From the NCBI GenBank assembly GCA_029245795.1, contig JAQWOP010000003.1, positions 101,235 through 165,234 of the forward strand: 64,000 bases of DNA. Reading direction: 5' to 3'. This document shows positions 11,341-19,593 of this stretch, piece by piece; position 1 is the stretch's first letter; every line of letters begins with the position of its first letter. Below the pieces are notes generated by a model. It was not told the DNA's origin. It saw nothing but the letters and a program-made list of their open reading frames with translations, and ran no database searches. Made by a program: the position numbers and the translations under genes. Origin of the DNA: Hyphomicrobiales bacterium. GTDB taxonomy: Bacteria > Pseudomonadota > Alphaproteobacteria > Rhizobiales > TMED25.

Positions 11341-13125
11341 ATGCAAAAAACTGAAATACAGGCAGCTTGGAAGACAACGAAACGTGTATCTCCATTTATT
11401 TGGCCAGTTGGTGATAACGAGCTTCGTGCGCGTGTGGTGCTTGCCTTACTTGCATTAATTGGATCAAAAATAATTGCAATACTTGGTCCAATTTTGCAGG
11501 CATGGGCTGTAGATGATCTTGCCGGAAGTAATATCTCAGACTTTATTTTAGGAGCTATTGGGTTAACTGTTGCCTATGGTTTTGCAAGAATAATGACGAG
11601 TGGATTTCAACAGCTGCGTGATGCACTATTTGCCAAAGTCGCCCAGCGTGCATTACGTAGGTTAGCTCTTCAGACATTTCAGCATATTCACAAACTATCT
11701 ATGCGCTTCCATATAAATCGTAAAACAGGTGGATTGAGTCGAATCATCGAGAGAGGTGTTAAAGGAGTGGAGTTCCTTCTTCGTTATCTTGTTTTTTCAA
11801 CTGGCCCTCTTGCACTTGAGTTGATATTTATTAGTGCTGCAATTTTTTGGAAACTCCAAGATTGGCGTTATATCGCTATAATTTTTATCACTATTCTTGT
11901 CTATGTTTGGTTTACCTTTTCTGTTACAGAATGGCGAGTTAAATTACGTCGTAAGATGAATGAAGAAGATACAGACGCTAACCAAAAGGCTGTAGATAGT
12001 CTATTAAACTTTGAAACAGTAAAATATTTTAATGCAGAAGAAAGAGAAGCCTTACGCTACGATAAAGCAATGGCGGGCTATGAGGCAGCTGCACTTAAAA
12101 CTAGTTATTCTCTAGCTTTTCTTAACATTGGGCAAGCTGTTTTAGTTACCGCAGGTTTAGTTGGAGTTATGTTGTTAGCAGCGCTCGGTGTTCAGTCAGG
12201 TCAACTCACAGTTGGAGATTTTGTACTTGTAAATGCCTACATGATTCAAATTACAATACCATTAAATTTTTTAGGAACAGTCTATAGAGAAATAAGACAA
12301 GCGCTAGTGGATATGCGGCAAATGTTTGATTTGCTAGAAGAACCATCAGAAATCATTGATAAAGATGGAGCGAAAGTTCTTTCCGTATCCGATGGCTTAA
12401 TCTTATTTAGGGATGTACGATTTGCATATGAACCCGAGCGACCAATTTTACATGAGATAAATATTGATGTGAAAGTAGGAGAAAAAGTTGCAATCGTGGG
12501 GCCATCAGGGTCTGGGAAATCAACTATAGGAAGGCTTCTTTTTCGCTTTTATGATGTTAACGGAGGCGCGATATATATAGATGGACAAGACGTTAGGGAT
12601 GTAACACAAAAAAGCCTGCATCAGGCAATTGGGGTTGTGCCTCAGGATACGGTACTTTTTAACGATACAATATTTTATAATATAGCATATGGCTATGAAA
12701 ACGCTTCACAACCAGAAGTGATTCAAGCCGCTAAAGATGCGCAGATTCATGATTTTATAATGTCACTTCCCGCAGGGTATGACTCTCTAGTTGGAGAACG
12801 CGGTCTAAAGTTGTCTGGTGGTGAAAAGCAGCGAGTCGGTATTGCGCGTACTCTTTTAAAAAATCCACCTATTTTAATTCTTGATGAAGCAACAAGTGCT
12901 CTTGACAGTGAAACAGAACACGAAATTCAAGAAGCTCTTGAACTCGCTGGAGAAGGTCGTGCTGTGATAATAATTGCCCATCGATTATCAACAGTTTCCA
13001 ACGCTGATCGGATTGTTTTCCTTGAAAATGGACGGATAGTTGAAATGGGTAATCATGAACAGCTCATTAGAACGAAAGGGCGTTACAGTAGTTTGTGGTC
13101 TCTACAAAAGTCTGAACAAGTTTAA
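11341..13125 (+). CDS. ABC exporter, fused permease/ATPase, Atm1/HMT1-like
   Basis: 594 aa. Six-TM N-terminal half, Walker A GPSGSGKST, signature LSGGEKQR, Walker B ILILDEATSALD. Confidence 0.85.
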   Translation: MQKTEIQAAWKTTKRVSPFIWPVGDNELRARVVLALLALIGSKIIAILGPILQAWAVDDLAGSNISDFILGAIGLTVAYGFARIMTSGFQQLRDALFAKVAQRALRRLALQTFQHIHKLSMRFHINRKTGGLSRIIERGVKGVEFLLRYLVFSTGPLALELIFISAAIFWKLQDWRYIAIIFITILVYVWFTFSVTEWRVKLRRKMNEEDTDANQKAVDSLLNFETVKYFNAEEREALRYDKAMAGYEAAALKTSYSLAFLNIGQAVLVTAGLVGVMLLAALGVQSGQLTVGDFVLVNAYMIQITIPLNFLGTVYREIRQALVDMRQMFDLLEEPSEIIDKDGAKVLSVSDGLILFRDVRFAYEPERPILHEINIDVKVGEKVAIVGPSGSGKSTIGRLLFRFYDVNGGAIYIDGQDVRDVTQKSLHQAIGVVPQDTVLFNDTIFYNIAYGYENASQPEVIQAAKDAQIHDFIMSLPAGYDSLVGERGLKLSGGEKQRVGIARTLLKNPPILILDEATSALDSETEHEIQEALELAGEGRAVIIIAHRLSTVSNADRIVFLENGRIVEMGNHEQLIRTKGRYSSLWSLQKSEQV

Positions 13126-13217
13126 TGGAGTATTGTTTTCGGTTATAATTTTTTATTTTCCTACTTAAATTTTTTGTTCTACAGTGGTATAAATATTTTT
13201 TAGTAATAGTTACAAAT

Positions 13218-13424
13218 ATGAATGATAATATAAAAAAATTAGAGGAAATAACCTCATTTCTTCAAAATGAAGTATCGCAGATGAGTGATGTAATTTATAA
13301 TCAACAAAAAGATATTATCAATCTTAAAAGTGAAATTTCTAAGTTAAAAAAAGTAATTCTTGAGTTGGAAGATAACTTAGATTTAAACCTTAGCGATGGT
13401 AATCAAAAGCCTCCCCATTATTAG
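13218..13424 (+). CDS. SlyX-like coiled-coil protein
   Basis: 68 aa with a heptad-rich sequence. Its size and pattern resemble SlyX. A weak call. Confidence 0.5.
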   Translation: MNDNIKKLEEITSFLQNEVSQMSDVIYNQQKDIINLKSEISKLKKVILELEDNLDLNLSDGNQKPPHY

Positions 13425-13437
13425 TATTTAGGCAATC

Positions 13438-14619
13438 ATGAATCAAAAGTATGATGTTGTTATAGTAGGTGCTGGAGCTGCTGGTCTTATGAGTGCAATT
13501 GAGGCCGGGAAAAGAGGGAGGTCGGTACTTTTATTGGATCATTCAAAAAAAATTGGTGAAAAGATTAGAATATCTGGAGGTGGAAGATGCAACTTCACTA
13601 ACCTTTATACAAATCCAAGTAAATTTATTTCTCAAAATCCAAATTTTATGATTTCAGCATTAAATCAATACACTCAATATGATTTTATAGAATTAATAAA
13701 GAAATATGAAATTAAATTTCATGAAAAAAAACTTGGACAGCTCTTTTGCGATGAGAGTGCTCAGCAAATAATAGATATGCTTCTCTTGGAATGCAAAAAA
13801 TCAGAAGTAACTCTCAAAAAAGAAACTCATGTTTTGGACATTAGTAAAAAAGATGATTCATATATCACAAATATTGGCAAAGAAGTAATTTTATCTAATT
13901 CTTTAATTATAGCTTCAGGGGGGCTATCTATTCCGAAAATGGGGGCAACAAAGTTCGGTTATGATATAGCAAAAAAATTTGATATGAAAGTTGTTGAGAC
14001 CTTGCCAGCATTAGTACCTTTAACTTTTAGTGATAAATTACTTCTAAAATGCAAAGAACTTACAGGATTATCTTTGGACTCCATTATTTCATTAAATAAA
14101 AATTCTTTTGAAGAAGGGATGCTATTTACTCACAGAGGTTTAAGTGGCCCATCAATTCTTCAAATTTCATCTTACTGGAGATTGGGAAATGATATTAAAA
14201 TAAACCTATCACCGCATTTTGATATTTATCAATTCCTAATGAATAAAAAAGAAACAAATCCAAAACAAGATATTACTAAACTGATAGCAGAAGTGATCCC
14301 AAAGAGACTTTCAACTAGTATTTGCAGAGATAATTGTATTGGAGGGAATGTATCTGAGCTATCAAACAAATTATTACAAAAGCTAAGTAATTCGATTAAT
14401 AATTGGAGTGTTACGCCAACTGGATCTGAAGGATATAGAACTGCTGAAGTTACACTTGGAGGTATTGATACGAATGAACTTTCTTCTAAAACTATGATGT
14501 CAAAAAAGCATAATGGTTTATACTTTGTTGGCGAAGTGGTGGATGTTACAGGTCATCTTGGCGGCTATAACTTCCAGTGGGCTTGGTCATCAGGTTATGT
14601 TGCAGGAAAAAATGCCTAG
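13438..14619 (+). CDS. HI0933/BaiN-family NAD(P)/FAD-dependent oxidoreductase
   Basis: 393 aa. Motifs VVIVGAGAAGLM, ISGGGRCNFTN, and the C-terminal GEVVDVTGHLGGYNFQWAWSSG. Confidence 0.85.
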   Translation: MNQKYDVVIVGAGAAGLMSAIEAGKRGRSVLLLDHSKKIGEKIRISGGGRCNFTNLYTNPSKFISQNPNFMISALNQYTQYDFIELIKKYEIKFHEKKLGQLFCDESAQQIIDMLLLECKKSEVTLKKETHVLDISKKDDSYITNIGKEVILSNSLIIASGGLSIPKMGATKFGYDIAKKFDMKVVETLPALVPLTFSDKLLLKCKELTGLSLDSIISLNKNSFEEGMLFTHRGLSGPSILQISSYWRLGNDIKINLSPHFDIYQFLMNKKETNPKQDITKLIAEVIPKRLSTSICRDNCIGGNVSELSNKLLQKLSNSINNWSVTPTGSEGYRTAEVTLGGIDTNELSSKTMMSKKHNGLYFVGEVVDVTGHLGGYNFQWAWSSGYVAGKNA

Positions 14620-14706
14620 ATTATTAATTGCGAGTGGAAATATAAATAATTATTTTAATTTAGGTGTGTGTATATTATAATTACTATAAATTGGAAAAAG
14701 TAATTA

Positions 14707-14931
14707 ATGGCAAAAAAAAAAATTAAAAAACCTGTTAAAGGAACCCTTCCAGATAATATAGATCGAGCATGTCCACTGCCAGAATTACTAGATACTCTTT
14801 TAGACTATTACCGAAGTAAGCGTATTGATGAGGCTGTGGCTGCCTATAGCCAAGCGATAGCGTTGAAGCCTGACTATGCTGAAGCTCAAAACAACCTGGG
14901 TATCACGCTTCAGATGATGAAGAAGCCTTAA
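14707..14931 (+). pseudogene. Truncated single-TPR ORF, likely a remnant of a larger TPR protein
   Basis: 74 aa. One TPR-like unit (AYSQAIALKPDYAEAQNNLGITL) is cut short by a stop. GC is elevated relative to the flanks by eye. Confidence 0.4.
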
Positions 14932-14970
14932 GTATAAGAATATGAGTCATCATAGAAAAGCACTTATGTT

Positions 14971-15714
14971 ATGATAATTGAATTTACCGATTTACTAATA
15001 GGTTTTACTCTTTTCTTTGGGGCTATCTTATATACATCAGTCGGCCATGCGGGTGCATCTGTCTATATTGCAATTATGTCAATATTTGGCGTTCCTGTAG
15101 CAACGATTAAACCCACAGCACTATCACTTAATATCCTTGTTTCATCTTTCACTAGTTTTCAATTTATTAGGGCAAAATTCTATGATTTTAAACTTATAGT
15201 ACCATTGGTAATTGGAGCAATTCCTTGTTCCTTTATTGGTGGGTATATCAATTTACCAGGAGAAATTTATAAACCAATCATAGGATTGATGCTTCTATAT
15301 TCATCATATCGATTTATAATAGTGAAAAAGCAAGAAGAGAAAAAACCAAGAGAATATAAATATATTTATGCCGTATTAACAGGTTGTATTATTGGTTTTT
15401 TAGCAGGTCTTACTGGAACTGGTGGAGGAATATTCTTATCTCCTTTAATTCTATTTGCTGGATGGACAACAACAAAAGGAGCTAGTGGTACAGCAGCTAT
15501 TTTTATTTTTTTTAATTCATTATTTGGGTTATTAGGAAATATTTCTTCAATCAATAGCCTGCCAGCTATTCTACCCCTATATGCTGGCTTTACACTTTTG
15601 GGCGCACTAATTGGAACAAAAATTGGGATTCATTATTTTCAGCACACAGCTATAAAGAGAACATTAGGTATCGTTCTACTTATTGCTAGTTTTAAGCTAA
15701 TTTTCAATTTATAA
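14971..15714 (+). CDS. TauE/SafE (DUF81) family anion exporter
   Basis: 247 aa, polytopic. The repeated halves with glycine-rich TMs (GLTGTGGGIFLSPL) are typical of the family. Confidence 0.8.
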   Translation: MIIEFTDLLIGFTLFFGAILYTSVGHAGASVYIAIMSIFGVPVATIKPTALSLNILVSSFTSFQFIRAKFYDFKLIVPLVIGAIPCSFIGGYINLPGEIYKPIIGLMLLYSSYRFIIVKKQEEKKPREYKYIYAVLTGCIIGFLAGLTGTGGGIFLSPLILFAGWTTTKGASGTAAIFIFFNSLFGLLGNISSINSLPAILPLYAGFTLLGALIGTKIGIHYFQHTAIKRTLGIVLLIASFKLIFNL

Positions 15715-15798
15715 GTAATTATTACAATTCTTATTGTCAGGTATGAGATAATTTAAAAAAATATTAATCTATTATTTTATTACATTCGTTTACAAAGT

Positions 15799-16362
15799 AT
15801 GAAATTAATTACTCAAATAGTCCTTTTTATCACTCTAATTTTTAGTGGAGGCATTGCAATGGCATATGAAGAGCCAAACTATGAAGTAGTTCACGAAACC
15901 AATCTTTATGAGATAAGACATTACAAGCAAAGAGTTGTTGTGCAAACAAAGAGCTATAGTGAGAATAATGGCTTCAGGAAGCTTTTTAACTATATATCTG
16001 GATCAAACCAGGAGTCTTTAAAGATATCAATGACAACACCTGTTACAGAAACGAAAAATGATGATGAGAGTGTGATGCATTTTTATTTGCCATCAAATTT
16101 TAATCAATCAAATACGCCCATTCCCTCTGATGATAATGTGCAAATTTCTATTATGAAAGAGGAATATCTAGCTGTAATCAAATATTCAGGTAGATCTACT
16201 GATAGTAATTTTTATACACACTTAGATATTTTGAAGAAAGAATTAATAAATGATGAAATTGAACTAATTGGTTATCCCATAAAGGCAACCTACAATGGCC
16301 CATTCACTCCATACTTTCTAAGAAGAAATGAAGCTATGCATCCTGTAAAATGGGGCAATTAA
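15799..16362 (+). CDS. SOUL heme-binding family protein, secreted
   Basis: 187 aa. N-terminal signal-like segment, then YEEPNYEVV...YEIRHY and the C-terminal ATYNGPFTP...RRNE characteristic of SOUL/HBP. Confidence 0.75.
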   Translation: MKLITQIVLFITLIFSGGIAMAYEEPNYEVVHETNLYEIRHYKQRVVVQTKSYSENNGFRKLFNYISGSNQESLKISMTTPVTETKNDDESVMHFYLPSNFNQSNTPIPSDDNVQISIMKEEYLAVIKYSGRSTDSNFYTHLDILKKELINDEIELIGYPIKATYNGPFTPYFLRRNEAMHPVKWGN

Positions 16363-16409
16363 AAAAAATTAAATTATTTTTATACTAAAATAATATAGTA
16401 TTTTATTTC

Positions 16410-16598
16410 ATGAATGATATAGAACGTAATCCAAGCAAAAATCCGTGTCTCTTTTGTAATTCAAAATTAGGGATTATATATGTTCAATCACACTATCAGT
16501 GCTTAAACTGCAAGCAAGTAATAGATCCATGTTGTGGTGGTGAGATTTGTGATGATTTTTCGGCAGAAATAAATGCTATTAACAAATATGAGAAATAG
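16410..16598 (+). CDS. Small cysteine-rich zinc-ribbon protein
   Basis: 62 aa. Two CxxC pairs (CLFC, CLNC) plus CCGGEIC. Confidence 0.45.
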   Translation: MNDIERNPSKNPCLFCNSKLGIIYVQSHYQCLNCKQVIDPCCGGEICDDFSAEINAINKYEK

Positions 16599-17316
16599 TG
16601 AATTTAACAAAACTATACAAGATCTTTTGAAAAGTGAGTATAGAAGAGTCCAATCCTTTAAAGATTATGATGGTTCAAAATTATGGCTAAAATCAATAGA
16701 AAAGTATAGCTTAAAACATATTTTGAAAGGTGATCCAAAGAAGGCTATCTTAAGGGAAATAAAGGCAGAATATGCTTTAAAGAGAATTGGTTTCCCATCC
16801 TCAGGAATAGTTTATCATAATCAAAAATATATAGTATTCAAAGATGCAGGAGGGACATTAGAAGATATATTCAGAGAAAAAAAATTCTCTTTAAAAATAA
16901 GAAAAGAAATTTTTCAAAAAGCGGGGGAGCTTTTTGGAATTCTTCATTCAAATAAATATGCACATGGTGGCTTAGCTCTTAGAGATATATGTTGGGATGG
17001 AAAGAATGTAACTTTTCTTGATTTTGAGAAATTTAGGGATACTCAATTTAATTATAAAAAGTTATCAATTGATTTCTATTTTTTTATTCACAGCTGGTTT
17101 AAATTATCCTCAGAATCTGGTCCAGAGCTTTTGGCATTTGTAGACAAGTATAAGAATTGTATTGATAAAATATTATGGCAAGAAGTTATTGGCTTGCCAA
17201 GAAGATATAATAAATTGAAAAATATAACTATAATTATAAATTCAAATAACAAAGATATAATTGCTTTTCAAAGAGCAATTACTTTCCTGAAGACTTTGAA
17301 TGAAGATAATAAATAA
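16573..17316 (+). CDS. Kdo-kinase / InaA-like protein-kinase-fold protein with a non-canonical catalytic loop
   Basis: 247 aa. HSNKYAHGGLALRDICW...VTFLDFEKF aligns by eye with the H-x-D-L-x-x-x-N ... DFD/DFG segments of KdkA/InaA-type kinases. There is an alternative ATG at 16588. Confidence 0.5.
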   Translation: MLLTNMRNSEFNKTIQDLLKSEYRRVQSFKDYDGSKLWLKSIEKYSLKHILKGDPKKAILREIKAEYALKRIGFPSSGIVYHNQKYIVFKDAGGTLEDIFREKKFSLKIRKEIFQKAGELFGILHSNKYAHGGLALRDICWDGKNVTFLDFEKFRDTQFNYKKLSIDFYFFIHSWFKLSSESGPELLAFVDKYKNCIDKILWQEVIGLPRRYNKLKNITIIINSNNKDIIAFQRAITFLKTLNEDNK

Positions 17317-17407
17317 TAAAACAAATTTTCATAATTATTTATATATTTGCTTAATCTTTCTATATATATTATTTTTCTAATCATAATGAAAATTTATAGG
17401 ATGTTTT

Positions 17408-19258
17408 ATGAAAAACTCAAAAATAGTGCTGATAGATAGAAATCCCGGTAGAAATTCACAGACTTATGGAATAGCGCGTGCGCTTAATACAGATGTTGAT
17501 CTTATTCATCAACCATCAGTGGGTGTCCTAGGGAATAAGGGTGATTCACAATGCTACGTGGGGGTTAGTGAAAAAGTTGCTATTATTCATGAACAATTAA
17601 GAGCAAGAATTGGAAAGGAAGAGAACAAACTTTCTATGCGTCTTGTTCAACCAGAATTTACTATTGCAACATCTGATGGTATTAGGAATGGTACAAAAGA
17701 AATGAGATATTCACTAATAGGACGTGAGGTGACTAACGAATCTGTATGTGAACACCTTAGTGCTTCAGGTATAGAGGGTACAATAGCTGTTGTCGCTTGT
17801 GATAAGCCGCCAGTAGGGACCTTGGCAGCCATATTAGAGCATAATAGACCTGCTATCATTATGTCAGATGGATCAATTCGACCTGGAGTTGACAGCATAA
17901 CAGGAGAGACAATTGATATAATTTCAAGTTATCAGATAGCTGGGAGTGAGGACGAAAATTTAAAAAAGAGAATCGCACTTGAGGCTTGTCCTGGGTATGG
18001 AAGTTGCGGCGGAATTTTCACTTATAATACAATGCAAACATTTATTGCTGTTATTGGTATGCAGCCTCTTCATATGGTATCACCGGCATCTCAAGATGAT
18101 AGAAGAAAAAATCAGTTTCCTAATGAACTAATCGACTATTTGTCAAAATTAATTCAGAATAGTATAACCCCCAGAGATATTGTTAACCGTGACTCTATCA
18201 GAAATGGTCTTATCGTTGCGATGTCAATAGGTGGATCTACCAATATTATGCTGCATGCTCCTGAACTTGCTAGAGCAGCTGGTTATAGTGATTTTTATAA
18301 TGATATAATGAGCCAGGAAGAGTTTAACTATTTATCTCAAAATGTTGTCCCAGTCGTTGTTAATGCTCGGCCATTTGGTAAGTATTCAATGGTAGATATT
18401 GATAAAAAAGGTGGTGTGCAAGTTATTGTAAGAGATTTGATGGATGCAGGGTTATTGGTCGGCAATGCAATGACATGTACATCTGAAACTCTGCAGCAAC
18501 AAATAGATAGATTAAATCCTCCATTGCCAGATGGAGATGTGATCTATTCTGTAGAAAAACCTTTCAAAAAGACAGGGGGATTGAGGTTATTAGGTGGAAA
18601 TTTATCTTCTGATCACTCAGCTATACTTAAGCTTGCGGGTGTAGAAGGAGGTCTGGATAATAATATATTTAAAGGTAAAGCCAAGACCTTTAATGGGGAA
18701 CAAAGTCTCTTAGATACATTAGAAAGTAATCCAGATTCTTTTCAAGATAGAGATATGATTGTTGTCAGGTATGAAGGGCCAGTTGGTGGGCCAGGAATGC
18801 CAGAGATGCTTGACTCCACATCAAGAATAACTGCATTATGTCGACAAAAGAGTATTGTTATTGCTCTTATGACAGATGGAAGATTTTCAGGTGGATCGGT
18901 AGGTTTGGTTATAGGTCATGTAGGTCCAGAGGCTGCTCTTGGAGGTGCTATAGCTCTAATTAAAGACGGAGATTCAATTATTGTAGATTTGAATAATAAT
19001 ACATTAATTTGTGTAGAGCTCGATCAGGAAGAGATTTATCAGACCAGAAAAGAACTATGGAAGAAAGAAGTTAATTCAAATCATGGCTATCATCCTGCTA
19101 TGGGTAAAATTGACACTAGGTTATTGAATAACATGAGATCAAATGCAGTATCAGCTGTTTACGGATCAGGTATGCATCCAAACCGTAATTTATGGATAAG
19201 TAATCCAAGATTGGCTGAAGTTTCTGATTTTGTTCCAAAAAATAAATATAGGAAATAA
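17408..19258 (+). CDS. IlvD/Edd-family dehydratase (dihydroxy-acid or sugar-acid dehydratase)
   Basis: 616 aa. Motifs ACDKPPVG, PGYGSCGGIFTYNTMQ and MTDGRFSGGSVGLVIGHVGPEAALGG. The N-terminal region is divergent, so the substrate is left open. Confidence 0.85.
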   Translation: MKNSKIVLIDRNPGRNSQTYGIARALNTDVDLIHQPSVGVLGNKGDSQCYVGVSEKVAIIHEQLRARIGKEENKLSMRLVQPEFTIATSDGIRNGTKEMRYSLIGREVTNESVCEHLSASGIEGTIAVVACDKPPVGTLAAILEHNRPAIIMSDGSIRPGVDSITGETIDIISSYQIAGSEDENLKKRIALEACPGYGSCGGIFTYNTMQTFIAVIGMQPLHMVSPASQDDRRKNQFPNELIDYLSKLIQNSITPRDIVNRDSIRNGLIVAMSIGGSTNIMLHAPELARAAGYSDFYNDIMSQEEFNYLSQNVVPVVVNARPFGKYSMVDIDKKGGVQVIVRDLMDAGLLVGNAMTCTSETLQQQIDRLNPPLPDGDVIYSVEKPFKKTGGLRLLGGNLSSDHSAILKLAGVEGGLDNNIFKGKAKTFNGEQSLLDTLESNPDSFQDRDMIVVRYEGPVGGPGMPEMLDSTSRITALCRQKSIVIALMTDGRFSGGSVGLVIGHVGPEAALGGAIALIKDGDSIIVDLNNNTLICVELDQEEIYQTRKELWKKEVNSNHGYHPAMGKIDTRLLNNMRSNAVSAVYGSGMHPNRNLWISNPRLAEVSDFVPKNKYRK

Positions 19259-19326
19259 AAATTAATAATTTACTTTATAAAAATATAATAAGTCATTGTA
19301 AAAAAATAATATATTACAATAACAAA

Positions 19327-19593
19327 ATGAGATATTTTGCTTTTTCCTTAATATTTTTTATGAATATATCTCCAGTAAATGCAGAATTGTATTCAAAAGA
19401 AGCAGCTCAAGTTTTTCTAACAGAATATTGTATAACTCTTGTAGATGAAATTGAAAAGTCATATCAAAAACAAAAGGAAGCAGTAGAGCGAAATAGAACT
19501 AGTGATTTCAACAAACTTGGTCGTTGGATATATGGTATCTCTGAAGTATTTGCAAATCTTGATTGTTCTAATCAAATTAATAAACATGAATAA
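19327..19593 (+). CDS. Small secreted hypothetical protein
   Basis: 88 aa. Signal peptide ending VNA-E, and two Cys. Its stop overlaps the photolyase ATG (ATGAATAA). Confidence 0.4.
   Translation: MRYFAFSLIFFMNISPVNAELYSKEAAQVFLTEYCITLVDEIEKSYQKQKEAVERNRTSDFNKLGRWIYGISEVFANLDCSNQINKHE

Noticed and set aside
10206-11341. ORFs 10206..10445 (-) and 11111..11341 (+) overlapping the GC-rich dehydrogenase gene
   Set aside because: High-GC DNA lacks stop codons in alternative frames, so such shadow ORFs are expected. Their translations (Ala/Pro/Arg-rich) show no motifs.
15790-15799. Third copy of TTACAAAGTA abutting the start codon of the SOUL-family gene, plus the similar AGTTACAAATATG before the slyX-like gene at 13206..13220
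   Set aside because: My rough expectation for a chance recurrence of this AT-rich 10-11-mer in 64 kb on both strands is about 0.2. I cannot claim a shared regulatory motif without a genome-wide count.
16410-17316. Idea that the zinc-ribbon ORF and the kinase-like ORF are one gene joined by a frameshift or sequencing error
   Set aside because: The overlap contains two in-frame ATGs for the downstream ORF and no obvious slippery heptamer. A normal overlapping-gene arrangement, which is common in this window, explains it more simply.
19502-19585. N-terminal 28-codon extension of the photolyase ORF
   Set aside because: The extension (MISTNLVVGYMVSLKYLQILIVLIKLIN) overlaps the upstream ORF and is unlike photolyase N-termini. 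The conserved start region WLRQDLRL follows the ATG at 19586.
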